Assembly (NCBI GenBank): GCA_030599585.1
Contig: JAUVNS010000002.1
Location: forward strand, 345,282-409,281
DNA length: 64,000 nucleotides
Direction: 5' to 3'
From: Promethearchaeota archaeon
GTDB taxonomy: Archaea > Asgardarchaeota > Lokiarchaeia > Sigyniarchaeales > SOKP01
The position numbers and the translations under genes are program-made. Positions 35,901-50,900 of this stretch are shown piece by piece; positions within the stretch are counted from its first letter, which is position 1, and each line of letters begins with the position of its first letter. The notes under the pieces are model-generated. The model did not search any database, was not told the DNA's origin, and worked only from the letters and a program-made list of their open reading frames with translations.

Positions 35901-38900
35901 CCTACGGCTTCCATCCATCTATATTCGAGGTCATCGTATCCAGAAATGTCCCAATCTGCGGATCCTACGTACCCAGGACCCCATTCCCAACCCCCGGTTG
36001 TTGTAGTTGCTATCGAGGTAATCCTCGATGGGTTAATGTATTCGTCTATTCCCGTAGTAGCGGCGTCGTAAAAACTATTATTGTTTTCGTATAACCTTGT
36101 GAAAGGATTAGGGGCGTAGATATTGGTACCATCTATTCCAGTTACCGCGGTAAATTCTGGTATCTTGGAAACGCCGTTTGCAATAAAACCAGTTTCGTTA
36201 AATAAATAATCGCCTAAGTTGTCGGAACTATCGATAGAATAAGTAGGGTTAAAATTGTAAGTAATTATGTTATTTTGCTGCATATCGTCGTTAAAACTGT
36301 AAATAACATCAATGTCGGCGGAAATATGGGCGAACGAATTTTCAGGAGTAATTACGCTATCTTGAAGGTCTAAATCGAGAGTTGCAACGTGAGTTTCTTT
36401 CTCCTTGTAGCTTAGAAGCAAAGATTTGTATTTTTCGAAATCTTGTTGGTCAACAATCCTTTTGTAATATTGCGATTCGAGATATTTAACGATTATTCCA
36501 TCCGTCTCTGAAGCAAAACGCGATTCAATTCTTGGTTTCGTTGTTGGTTCGGTATCGATAATGTTAAGTAGATCGGTTGGATTGTCGTTGATAAACCCAC
36601 TCCATTTTTGTAGAGCACTATCGTAATAAATCGAAACTACGTTGTCGAAACCAGTTGGCGCAAGGTCGCCGCTTGCTATAGTAAGAGACACGTCGTCGTT
36701 TACCGCCACAGTAACTTCTCCCGACCCCGGACCCACTTTCTCGAAAGTGAAAGCAGCTCGATACAGGTCGTGTTCGACGTTCCATTTCTTTAAAGTGATT
36801 AAGCACAATTTATCTATGTGAACGGTAAAAGCACTGGCAGTTTCAATGTTAATTCTAAACAAGAAAGGATTAATTCCACTTGTATAGTTGAATTCGTACA
36901 ATTGACTTTCTGGAATAGTAAAAACAATATCGCCGTCTTTAATGGCGTGAGTAATAGTTTCGTATTGTTTCGTGTTCCAATTTTTTAATCTAAACACTGC
37001 TCCTTCCAACGAAGCGCCGGTAGCGAAACCCGTTAAGCGAATTTCTACATCAGTTACTTCTTCCATATCGGTTTCGTCAAGTTCGAATTCGAAATTAATA
37101 GTGTAAGCGTTATTAATATCAGAACTAACGTTGTAAAATTGACCGTCTTTAGCGTGAGCGTAACTAGCGGATGATGGAGGAATAACCTTACTACCGTCTA
37201 TTATATAGGGTTTATTTATTCCCTCAGTAAATTCGTGTTCGGACACTTTTGTGTCGATAATGCTCGCCCCTTCCATTACAGTAATAAAATTTGCCATAAA
37301 ATATTGGCCGTCAGTTAAGTTTCCTGAAAACTCTAACTGATCGAATTGTAAAGTCTCTGACGGTTCTAAAGTTAAAATTTGAGTGCTAAAATCGGTATTT
37401 CCTTGAGGAACCACGTTAAACGAGTGTTGAGCTTGTCCGTCGCTGTATAGCGTTAAGTTAATCTCGTTTCCCGTTTTTGCTTTAAATTCGATTATTATTT
37501 GATCGTTAGGGGTAACCGTTATATTGTTGGCGTAAGAATTACTTTTCAAGCTAAGGCTTTCGGGATCGATGTTATCCGTTTGCATGTATAACATTCCACC
37601 CTCTTGGTATTTCTTAGTTGCTTGATATTTAACAAATGAATCGTAAAAATTAACATATCCGCTTGGAGACACTAAGTCAAAATATTGACCTAGAGAGTCT
37701 AGATTTCCCAACTCAAAAAGTATTTGGGTGGGACCAGAAATAGTGCCAATTGGTTTTAGAGAAACGAATTCGATAGGTGAAGGTCTATTGCTGTTCCAAG
37801 TGATCGTCTCTTCGTCAAAACTTCCGGTTGTATAGACTTGCACGTTTGGACTAAGGTAGGCGTTTTCTGAGGTTACTTCGTAATAGCTCTTGTCGTCTGG
37901 TCCTAAACCTAGGTATTCGAAAGGTTCAATTTCAATATAAGTCTCGTATTGTTCAGGCACGTTAAAACCTTCTATCCAATCTACTTTAAGGTTGTGGCTA
38001 ACAAAACTAGCAGTTAACACTTTAATTTCGATAGTGTCCGATCTTTCTACGCGTACTGATCCCGATAGAGAATTTTCGCTACCAGAAGCTATTATAACGC
38101 CGTTATATTCTATAGCTAAATATTCTATGTCTTCGTCGGTAGATATATCGAAATAAATATCAACAAGATTGCCGTAAGGGAAGATTGGGGTGCTCCCTAA
38201 CCTCTGATAACTAACTTCAACTTCGTCTAGCGGTCCATTAGGTATAGAATGGGTGATGTGATATTGACCGTTGTCTGTCTTCGTATCCCAGACATCGCCT
38301 CCATTTGCATAACCCTTATTTATAACACAAGACATGGCACACGTTCCGTAAGAATCTAACCAATTATAAACCGAAAGGTCGTCCCCGTTAAAATTTGTGT
38401 TCGGATAAAGCGAGCGAACTACTGTTTCTTGGATTGGGTTTTTAGAGATATAAATAGTATCTTGAGCAGTTCCGAACAAGTCCCAAGGAGTGGTTTGGAA
38501 GTTATCTCTAAACTTGATGGTTTTAGGTGATTCTATAAGGTTAAACCCGCTATAACCGTAAAGTTCAACTCCGTCTTGAGTAAAATCGATTTTATCGCTA
38601 ATGTGCTCCCCTCCTATGGCGTTTGATTCGAAATCGTCGTAATTTAAATAATCAGTACTCGTTAATGCAAAAGTGTTGAAGTTTGAAACGCATAAAAATG
38701 GTTTTGTACCTGAGTCTTGTGAAGATTCTTTTTCCGTTAAAATCCTAACTTTAAATTCGTGCAAATCGTTTAAAAAGTCGTCGTAAAAATCAGCTTGAGT
38801 AAAGGTCGGAACGGTCGTATACGCTGGAAAATCTGAGGTGGTAGTAAAAAAAGCTTCAGGATCGATAATTAAATTGTTCAACTGGAACTTATTTGCGTTG

Positions 38901-41900
38901 TAATTGGAATCGTAAAAGAGCATTTTGTAATCTTCGTTGGTAAAAAGGCTGTTAACTTTGTGTCCGGTATCGGCGTTATCTAAAAAACTTCCGCCGTTGG
39001 TAACAGAACTATCAAAGACTATGTTTCCGGAACCGTCTATTGTATTTGGGAATACATCACCATATCCAATCGTGTTAATCTGAGATAGGCTTAACGTACC
39101 CCATTTAGGCCTGAACCTATCAGCGTCACTATAGGGCGTCTCAGGATCCCAGCCCCAAAAATCAAGATCTAAACTACTTGCAGAATATTTATCATTAACG
39201 TCTAATAAAGCCATTGGAATTGATTCCCACCTGGCTTGATCGTAGTTCCACAATTGTATTGACAACGGATATTCTTTAACAAATCCAGTTGAAGAAATAG
39301 ACGCGTCGAACGATATTTGAATGGAGTCCAAGTCGTCTTTGCTGACAACTGGAAGTTTATACGAATATTCAAAACCAAACTCTCCACTAACACCTTCCAT
39401 AAAAGTGGTTGTATATTGAGTCCAATTTAACAATACCGACTCGAGTTCTTCTAATGAAGCTCCTTGAGTAGCAGGATTGCTCTCGGTTACTTTCTCTAGT
39501 TTGAAGTAGTATAACTTGGCGTGAAACGCGGGCGACCCTTCTAACCCCGATATAAACCTTATTGAGTTAACATTTTCTATAAATTCACGATCAATATCAA
39601 TTACTTCTCCTTGCCTAAAGGTTTGACTATTAATTTTTAAAACTCCTTCTTCTCCACCAGTGCCAAAAGTTTCAATGTGACAGCTTAAGTAAAAATCGCC
39701 GTTGTATTCACCCTCTATGTTGAATATTGCACTAATAAAGTCGCAACTTTCTGCTTGTACCCAGCCAGAATTCATCTGATAATAAGTTAAATCGTCTTTT
39801 TCAGTGTTTGAAAGTAATCCTGAACCAGATCCGGAAGGATAAGTTACGCTTTGTAGATAAGTAGGATCGATCTCTTGGGGGAGTATTCCAGAATCATAAA
39901 TGAGGGAAATTGAGGAGTTATAAGTCTCTAAATCGGTTAATTCGTTTCTTACGAACACCTTTTGTTCGCCATCAAAATTATAAAGTCCGTCTGAATTTAA
40001 CCTGTCTTGAATATCGGGGTAATACATCTGCGAAAAGTTGTAATTGTCCGAGATGTACGGATTTGAAGCCCATACGCCGTCAACGTAATTATTTTCGAAA
40101 TTACCTCCAAATTCAGATTCGCTGTCTTTACCGTTTAAGTTTTCAGATAAAATTCCAGAATCGTAGGAGTCGCCGTAATATATTAAAGAATTTTCTAGTT
40201 CAGGCATCGAGGTATATTCAGAACCCCAGTTATTTCCCGTCCATCCATTTTTAATAGTAGGATAAATTACCGTATTTCCTAACCCAGAAATAACCGGAGT
40301 ATTTTGATATGTCATACCGTTTGGTAATAAATTCCAATTTGCGTAAGGATCGGAATACCGCGTTGTAGGATTCAACCATAAAAGCGGAAGAGCTGAATCA
40401 GTAAAGAAAGTTCCGAACGCAGATGTTTCTTGAGCGCTCGAAGTGCCTTTATACGATTTAAAGGACGGATCGACAGCAGTTGTCTCTTCAGCTTTGAAAG
40501 ATTCGAACGCGTAAGCAATCTTAAGGAATGCTAAGTTAGACCAAACAGAAGCTAGGTCTACTTGTACCTGAGTTTTTGAATAGCGATATTTACTGGAACT
40601 TAGTTCGTACCAGTTGTTATCTCCTGCCAACTTATACGAAATTTTCGAAATCGACTTTACGGGATAATTATTAAAAAGTATTGTAGGGTAATAGTCGGGT
40701 TCTAAATTCGCTTTAGAAATCACTTCGTGAACGTAGACTACGGGGCTTGTTATCGAAGTCGCGCTTTCTAAATAGGTAATTTTTGTTTGATATAACCCCG
40801 TTTTAGAAGCAATTACTAATTTTTTAGCGTTGTTTTCTTGAATGGTCAAGAGATCTAGTATTTCGAACTTAGTTTCGTCAAATCCCGACAACTCAAAAGG
40901 CGTCCAAATTTCTGTGCCTAAATTTCTCCTTAAAGCTATAACAGCGTCCATCTTACCGATAGATAATCGCTCAACCCCTAAAATTACAGTATCTTGACCG
41001 TTTATGGTTTCGTATTCGATGACGTCGATTTTTCCCAAAATAGATTCGGCAACTATGGATTCGAACTCAAAAATAGCGTCAAACTCGAGTAATTGCGAAT
41101 AGTAGGCACCGTCCATAAGTCCGCCAACCAACACTGCCTTTCTATCGCTAGCAGAGAAGCGGTTTACTATCTTAATTGAAGTAGGTTCAAAATTAAGCGG
41201 GCTATCGATGTTTTTGACTAAAATAAGGTTCAAATTTGAATCAAACGCGTATTTCCAGAACGAAAATTCTGATTGTTGGTCTTGTTGAATTAATACCATG
41301 TTTGTATCAGAAGAAGTAGAATCGTATTCGAGATCGAAAGACAAATAGTTGTATCCTGATAAACTCGTAACGTTTTCTTTTAGGTTCCAAGTACCCGAAT
41401 CTAAATATATTACGTCAATTTGGTTTGGAGAAATCCTAATGATTTCGAACTTGTTGTCGTCGTTTACGTCGAATAAAGTAAAAACTTGATCGGTAATTGA
41501 TGGGATAGTATTTTCGCTACTTACTGCGGTATCTAACTCCCAGCCGGTTATATTGTTAAAGTTAAAGACCGATACGTCTAAGTTACCTCCCAATTCACCT
41601 ATAACGATCGGTTGCCAATCTACTGAACTGTCAGAAAAGACTCCCCACGAACCCCATAGGTCAGAAACTGTTCCTTTGTTAATTTTTAGAGGTAAATACT
41701 CGTAATTGTTGTCGTAAATCGAATCCACGAAAGTTTTATCTTTGCTAATGTCCCAAGTAATGGTATAATCGGCGGTATCCCCAGCAGAAATTATGGTCGA
41801 GGAGTTATAGGCAATTGGTATCCATTCTCGCTTGTTAGGATTGTACCATTCGGCAATTACGTCCCATAAGGTTTCAGATGAGCCTTGGAAGTAGTTTTCG

Positions 41901-44900
41901 ATGGTTCCTTCTATCGTTTGAAGGTTTGAAGTAAGCGAAGAATTGTATTCAAACACGTGTCCAAATAACACATCTGTGAGCAATAAAACTTCCGTGTAGT
42001 CGTAAAGGTTAACGTCTTCTGATTGGGTAATGTAATTTCCAGCGCGATCAAACGCATATATTTTAAGCGAGTAGTTTTCTGGAAGCATTGGATCTAAAGC
42101 GTCTCCGTCCCAATAAAAATTCCACAAGTTTTCTTCTCCGCTAAAGTAAGCCCTTCCAACGAATGTATTGTTTGGACCATAGATCATGATTCTTTGGATG
42201 TCGGAGAGTCCCGATATTAAGGGTAGTATAGAAGACACATTTACTTGGATGGTACTATCGGAATAATTATCGGAGCCAAATATAATTACTCCCTCATCAG
42301 CCGAATTAACTCCTAGTTGCCAATTAAAGAGCGATTGGGAGGGTGGAGAATTCTCGATAGAGTTATCGTAAATACATTTATATTTGTGAGTTTGTAACAT
42401 GTTTCCTAGCCCATCTTCTGCTTCAAACCACGCTAAAAATTGTTGTTCTTGCGATAGAGAGAGGTGGTCAGTTATGTCAAAATAAGATTTTCCAGGGGAG
42501 AGGAGTTCCCATTTTTTGGAAGTGTTGTTAAAGGTTAGAGTGATTTTATTGTCAACTAATTCGTAAAATTGGGCGGTTATGTTGTTTGTTAAAGAAGGGG
42601 ATAACAAATACCTGTATTGTTCGTCGATTTTTAGGGTTATTGAGGTTCCGTCTAAAAGCACAGTAAACTTATCAACTAAATAATCTCCAATTTTTAAGTT
42701 TTGGATGCTTTTAATGTTAGACACAACCGTATTTATTGGAGTTCCATATCCAGTAATTTTATAATGAAAAGTTTCGTAATTTAAACTGCCTAAAATAGAT
42801 ATGTTGTACCAACTAAGTGGGTTGGTGTAGTAGAAGGAAATATTTTTTACTCCTAATTGATTGGCAATGGTAGGATCAATTGGGCTCCAATCAAAACCGT
42901 CAAATAATTCGTCAAAAGCAGTTATTTCGATATATTTTTGGTCGCTAAAATAAATGTTTTCGGTTAAAGTATTGTTGTATATATTTTCGTTTTCGGCAAA
43001 AATTTGCTCTTCGATCGATTCTATTTGGGTAAATTGAGAGTCTAAATAAACATTAATTATTGTGTAGGTTCCAACATTTCCTGCGTTATCGGTAGCAATA
43101 AGGCTTAAATTATAGTATCCGTTATCTAAACCCTCTGAAGCTATTAGAATAGTCCAGATATTATTTTTATAAAATATTGTATAGGCTAAATTATAGGCTA
43201 TAACGCCCGAAGTTACGTGTAAAGCTTCAACGATCAACGAGAATCCAGAAATTTCGGTGATAGTTGCGTTAATTTCAAATAAATCTGTCCAATAAGAAGT
43301 TAAAGTGTTGACATTGGAAATAACAGGATCTGTTTTGTCAACGGTAATTAAAAAGGTATAGATAGTTTGCAACCCTTGAGTATCGTTTAAAGTAAAATCA
43401 ACATATTTTGTGCCTTCAGATAGGTTAGTATCGTTGAAAGTAAAAGTATAAAGACTCTCTGCTACAGACCAGTAGCCATCGATTGAGGAATTAAGAGAAA
43501 AATCTGATACTCCAGATAGATCGTGTACTACAAACGAGAGAACGCTCGATTCGGGATCTATTGAGCAATTATTCGCGAATTGGCTGTAAACTTGTGGACC
43601 TTGATAGTCTATTGTGATTGAATTATCGATGACAAATTGAGAAATTGCTCCTGTTATGCCATAAAATTCTCCAATAATTGTGTAATTATCTTGAGGTAGT
43701 TGCGAAAAATCATAACTTCCGATAAATTGATCGGAACTGTGGAACATAGTTGAGACGCCAATATCTAAGAATACTGGGTTAAAACTATCGTAAGAGCCGT
43801 CAAGATCATACGGTGTGAGCAAAGTGATTAAAATCGTGCCGCTTACGTGGTCAACGAAATAAGAGTGGTCGTATGAAGTGCCGTTTATCCTTACATCTTC
43901 GATCGAACATAAATCTTCTCCAATCGACAAACTAGGGATATCTACTGTGAACTTATTGTCCGTTATTACGATATCTGAGCTTGGAGTAGAATAAAACACA
44001 GTAATTCTAACATCATCGATATTAGCCTCCGTTGTAACTGAGCCTGAAGAATTTACGAAGATGTCTACTCCAAAAGTACTGCTATTGATATCTGCAACAG
44101 ACCACGAAGCGTTCCAAAGGTCAGTTGATCCTCCATAAGAATCGTAGAAATCGTTATCGTTAGTATCCCAATATCCACCTTGAGCCCTCGTAAGCCCCAC
44201 TTGTCCAGAAGCTTTTCTAAGGAAAATTTCTCCATCCCAAATAGAATCGGTTATCGTACTAAACCGGTCTATATCTACTTTAATTCCAAGGATAGTCGCT
44301 TCGGTAGGTATTGAAAATCCAAAATCTGTTAATCTAAGCCAATCCGAACTAGTCTCGGAGGATGTATCAAAAGAAACGAAAGTCTCGTCGTTGTCTTGAC
44401 CGATAACTTTGGTCGGATTGATCCACTCTTCTTGGCTTTGTGGAGGTTCGGTGTAATGTATTCTAATCTCCAGAAAATCTATTCTCGCATCGACTGTACT
44501 TAATCCCGTAGAGTTCACAAATAAATCAATCCCAAAATCGGGACTGTTAATCTGAGCGTAATTCCAGAAGGCGCCCCATAGTTCGGAACTTCCCCCATAA
44601 GTGTCGAAATTATCGTTTGTAGTATCCCACCATTGATCGTTTGCTAAGTTAACTCCAACCCGACCCGATGAATTTCTAAGGAAGAACTCAACTTCTTTTA
44701 TAGCGTTGGCTAACGAAGAATCCCTGTCTATACGAATTTCTATACCGGTTATCGTTGCATCGCTCGATAGAGTAAAATCGAAATCGGTTAAGCGGAGCCA
44801 ATCTGATGTAATCTCTGAGCTTGAAGTAAAAGAAGATATAGCGTTATTGTTGTCTTGGGTAGTAGTATTGCTTGGATCTTGCCAAAGTCGTCCCGAAAAC

Positions 44901-47900
44901 GATTCGGTATAATTAACGATTATGTAGAGATGATCAATAAAGGCAGCAGCAGAGATGTTGCTATCTACTACAATATCTACTCCAAAGCCGGGGCTTTTTA
45001 TTTCAGCAACTGTCCACGAAGTACCCCAGAGATTGTTAGAAGCACCATAGGTAGTGTAATAATTAGTATCTGTTGTGCTCCAAGGAGTAGCATAAGCTTT
45101 ATTGTCTCCTTTTAGCACCGTTGAATTTCGAAGCCGTACTAAATAATCGGTAATAGAATTAGTTACATTGGAATATTTGTCTATTTTAACCGTGATACCT
45201 ATAATTTCTGCTCTATCAGGAATAGCGCTGAAATTGAAATTTGTAAATCGCAACACATCAGATTCTGCGTTAGCACCTACTCCCGTAGATTGAAGCAATA
45301 CCGCATCTATATTCCACGTATCCAGTATTGAATCAGAAGAAATATCAGAACCTGCAAATCTTAAAGTGAATGTGTCACTTGAAAGTGATACTGAAATATT
45401 ATTCCACGAGGAAGCGTTTAAATCAGAAGCAATGGTAAACCAGTCAGAGCCCGTCCAATAGGCCAAACTAATATTCTCGGAACCCGAAAAAGTGCCCGTC
45501 TTGATGCATAATTTTTCTACGTCCGCAAAATCCGTTACTCCTGTGAACTGTACTTCTAAATCCATCTGATAATCCGAAGTACTAGGTGCTGGATTAATCG
45601 CGATTTGTCCGTACGAGGCACCATCAGCGAGCGCGAAGGCTACACTTACTATCCCAGTACTTCCAGCAGTTGCTAACGTCTTATTGCCCCACGAACCACC
45701 TACCCCAACATCACCAGATCCTGTTTCTATATATTCTTGTTCAGACCAACCCGTACCAGTAACATCAAAGGGATCGAGATCTGCGCCGTCCGAACTAAGC
45801 ACGTAAAGACACAGTGCGTCGTTTGTATCCGTGATTACAGCAGGAATATCAACGCTCCCTGCCGATCTAACAGAACCAGTTGTGGGGGTTCCACTAATTG
45901 GATCGGATTCATCAGCGCCTTTTATTAACAAGCAATACCCCCATAAATCATCAGAATCGATAGAATCAATGGTCACGGTTGGATTTTCGTTATTAGCAAT
46001 CTTGTAAAAAGCTGCAACATAAGCGTCAGGAGTTTTTCCGCCAACATTGAAAATAGTTGTCCACCCAGACTCGTCAGAAAATCCTTGACCATTATCGTCT
46101 GAATCGCTTCCTGCAAGAATTAGCAATAAATCACCATTTACGGTGGCACTAGGGATATCTAAAGTAAGCGTCGTACCAGTGTTAGTATTATTAGTGTATT
46201 CTGCAATAAAAGGAGCTCCGGATGTTGCACCTGCTACCAATTCCTCAGAGAGCAAATCGTAAGTATCATCTGTTGCTTTCATACTCTCAAAATTACTATG
46301 CCAACCAGAAGACGAACTGTCCATATCAGACACGTTGTTATTAACATATTCTTCGATTTTAACGTCGTTAACTGTAAGGTTAGAGTACGCGTAAGAATTC
46401 GTTTGAGATTGAGCGTAGGCAGTGTCGAACCAATTAAATCCTCCTACTTCTATCGAGTTTATTGCTTGCGTAGAAGATATTGTTCCGTCATCAACAGAAC
46501 CAAGGTTTCTATCTATGTTTGCTGTAGCACCAGCGGTCATCCAACTTGAAAATGTTGCACCACCTCCAGCCAACCTATCGATGTTTAAGGCGATTTGAGG
46601 CGAATTAAAAATCGAACTTAGCTGGGCTTCAGTTAAATTTAGCGTTAATAAATAATCGTAATTTGCGGTTAAATCTAGCGTGTTGATTAAATCACCGCGA
46701 GAATTATATATTTTTACTACAGGAGGATTGTTGTTAACCACGAAGGGAATGGAGTGTGAATTATTGTACGCGTTGTTATCGTTAACGAAGCTCATATTTA
46801 GGTTGTTGACAGATTTGGTAATGTTTACGATTAAATCCGAGATTTCAATTATATTGTCAAAAACGCGAGTTATTACCGTAATAACGATTTCTTCGTCAGC
46901 AATTCGATTGTTTCCTTGGTATAATACAACTATTACGTCTATAAAGGAAAAATCGGTGCCAGAAATTGAGTATTTAGATGAGTCAAGTTTAATGTCAATA
47001 TCTAAACCCCCGTCAGTAAAATAGATGTGATCTCCTTCCGATACTACGTTAGAAAGTTGGAAGGTTTCGTATCCAGTGCTTATCCAAACCCACGTAATAT
47101 CGTTATCTACGGGAAGAACTTTTAGGTGCAGATCGATCATACCGTTTTGATCTAACCCGTAAATTGAACCGCTCTCTAACCCTTCAATTACGAAATTTTC
47201 GTGGTTGTTATAATCTTTTACAATCCAATAATTTCCTTGGTATAATGTAATGGAGTTAGACAAATCGTCGTACCCAATGAACCTTATTGTGATATTATCG
47301 TCTCTTAAGTTAATAATGTCAAAATTTATTTCTGCTAAAGAGTCTACTGCTTCGAAATCTCCATATTTTATCCATTCTGCCGTGGTCGGAGTATCGTACT
47401 GATATTCAAGGGTTACTTTATCAAAATCGGTATCGGTCGAGTTAATAGCCAAGGTAATTACGTTATCTTCTACTATATCGTAAGCCGATCCTAAAACTAA
47501 GGAATATTCCGACCCTGTAATGAGTTCTAAATCAGGACCTTTTATGTCTAAAATAGTTGGATTTGCAGAATAATTATACAAGTAAGAGAGTTCTCCGAAG
47601 CTATAAGACAAGTTAGCTTGAAAAACGAAATTTACGTCGTATTTGTCTGGAGATAGGCCTTTATTCGAAATCCAGTCTGAAAGCTCAGACAGTTCGATTA
47701 ACCAATAATTAGAATACAAATCAGAATAACTTACTTCTTTCAAAAAGTCGATATCATTAGAATAATTTACGAAGAGGTTTAAAGAAGAAAAGTGCCATTC
47801 AAATCCATCGATCGGAACGACTCCAAGTTGAGAATTGTGATTTATCTTTCCGTTTTTATCCAAATAGGTGAAATTTATTAGATCGTGGAAGTGTTCGATC

Positions 47901-50900
47901 CCAAAATAGGTGTTATAATATTCGTAAACCGTATTGTTGTCGATATCGGTCGCTTTACTAATAAAATACCAATTGTCGGAATCTGGGAGGTCTCTCGAAT
48001 CCAATAAATAAGAGTAATAAGACGAATCGTAGCTAAAACTAGCGAGGAAATCCCAATCGATTTCTGATTGAGTTTGGAAGTCGGGAAGCGTTCTCGAGAG
48101 ATAAAATTCCATCGATTCTACTTCGTTACTGGTAGCGTTTACCTCAAAATTGAGGTATCCGTCAATTTTTTCTCCTGCGGAAGTAATTATCGTCCAACCG
48201 CCTTGTCCGTTTTCTTTTGCAACTCCGGGAGAAATCGACACGATGCGCTTCCCCGTGTGAGCTTCGATCTGGGCGTCAGTAAGGCTAGCGTTAAACACCG
48301 ATATCTCGTCGATAATTCCTGTAAAACAAGAATAATTTGCAATTTCGCCTCCAACGGTCAAATTACCTCCGGCTTGTAGGTAACCACCGCCGTTCCACGG
48401 TTCATTAATTCCACCAAGCGCGTCTCTACACCAAGTTTCTCCAATTAACACGTCAATATCGCTCTTATTGTAACGAAGAGCTATGTAAGTCCATTGATTG
48501 AGTGGGATTGCTCCACTAAAACCGTACGTTCCCATCGATTCGAAGTTAGTTGTGTTTAAATAAAGTTGTAAAAAACCACTCTCGTTGACTCCAATTTCTA
48601 TGTTTCCTTCCTTTGCAAAAAATACATTTTTAACTCCGTTATCGCTTAGGTTTGAAGTAAAAACCGTGGGATACAACCAACCCGCAACTACAAAAACATC
48701 GTTAGAATCGCCTAAAGTATTGTCTAGGACGTCACCAAATTGCACATAATCAAAATCTTTATATTCGGGATCTCCAGAACCTTGTTGCGATTCTGGAGTG
48801 GTCGAATTAAATTTAATCTTCATTCCATCTAGATCAGTTTGGTTCAAAGTTAAACTTGACCACGTGTAAGTGTTCCATTCTGGGGTTGAAGCCATACTTA
48901 ATGGTTTTTCTCCTAACCAACCTCCGCAGTAGACATCTACCGTCGAATCTATGGTAGTTTCGTTTCCAAACACCTTTATTGAAATCTCAGTTACGTTTCC
49001 ATTCTGAACGCTAAAAGAACTCATGTTTAACTCGTCAACGATGTAAGGTCCTTGAAACGTGCTAGAGGTAAATATATACCCGCTACTCGTGTCTGGAGGA
49101 GGTACTTCCTCTACTGATTCGTTGAGTAAATTAAAATGATCGTCCGAGGTTGAAGCGTTCCATTGAGCAATAACGTCCTCGTTTGGAAGAACGATACTGT
49201 TGTTTATTATTGTACTCGATCCTGAATATGTGTAATAGACTATCATCTCAATGTGGTCGATATAGGCGCTCCGGGCGGTTGATGTGTCTTTGTTATCGAC
49301 TTGAAATTGAACTCCGAACGTATCACTATTTACAATTGAAGGGGTTAAACTCGCGCTCCAGTCGTCTTCCATGCCACCATAGCCCACATACTGGTCACTT
49401 GTAGGCCAATACGACACCAAATCTGGTTTACCGATCCCTTGTATAACCTCTCCAAGTATTAAATCTACCGTTCTATCCATAATTGTATTCGTTGCTGACG
49501 CGTGTCTATCGATTCTTACGTGAATACCGGCAATATCTGCAGTGGTAGGAATATCGAACCCGAAGTTGGAAACTCGTAATATATCGCTTTTTTTCCGCTT
49601 TGCAATAAGATTAGCGAGTGCATACGCGTCATTCGGCGTCTTTGCGTTATCGGCAGGAATCCAATCGGTACCACCTACTTGCATGTTTGCCGCGGTTCCA
49701 GGGTCATAATACCCTTCAGAACCATCACTACCACCAACACCTTCGTATTCGTAGGACACGTTAGCGAAGGTAGCGTAAATGGTAGAACCAATTGTCTCGA
49801 TTTGTTCGTATTCAAGAGTTCCTACTCCGTCAAATTCTAACCCATATGATTCGCCTTGAGTGCTTGTCCAACTTACATCGCCTTCTAAGGTTCCTTCCAA
49901 GTTATGAATCTCGTCAAATGTGCTTATTCCTAAATTTTCGTTGAACAACGCCCAGAAATCTAAAGAGCCTGGGGGAGTATAACTGCTAGTGTGAAGTTGT
50001 AATAAATCGTATATTGAAAAAGGCCAATCGGGGTATAAATCTTCGTTGTTATCGAGAAAATATCTTCCGTGGCTAGAATCAAATTCGAGTCCTGCGTATT
50101 CTACGTAATCCATCTGATTGTAAAAACCATCGCCTAAATACGATAACTTAACGAGCATATTTTGTTCGATAGAGCCGTATACTTTGTGAGTATAATAGAA
50201 ACTACCGTCAGAACGAGTTTTAACTGTAGTAATTTTTTCAAACCGATCGTTTGATTCGATGAATAACTCTAAATCGTCAACGGGGTAAGGTTCGTGGATA
50301 CTATTAGCAACTTTTCCATCGAATACGATTGTCCACGAGCCATCGTCTGGATGTTCAAAGGTGTATACAGCACCGTAATACTTGGAATCTAATTCTTCTT
50401 CAAAAATTTTGTTTGATATTACCGTCAGATCGTCTTTATTTATCTCAATCTGATACGCTTCAGGAATAGAATTTTTGAACGAAAAACCAGACAAAACCGA
50501 ATAACTCACCTTAGCTTCGTAAGAACCTGGTTGTAAATTTAAATCGTTAAGGTTAATTTCTGCTATCAATTCAGAATCGTCTAAAGGTCCGTTTAGATAA
50601 GGGGACAGAACCGAATACGATTTTTTAGCGTAAAATCCATCAATAGTCGGAACGTCTATGGGTACTAAATCAACTCGAATTCGAGAAGCTTGTCCGAACT
50701 TGGGAGAAATTCTTGTTTTTATCACGAATTTGTCGTTGATTGTAAGTTCGTCTAACGATTCTAAACTTGGATGGTATTCCAAGCTATCAAAATCGATCGA
50801 ACTCGTCGATATTCTCTGTTCTTGAGATACGGACGCAAACTCGTAAAATGGATTGTCCACGGACCACATGGATTGTATTCCGAACGTTATTGGAAAAATG

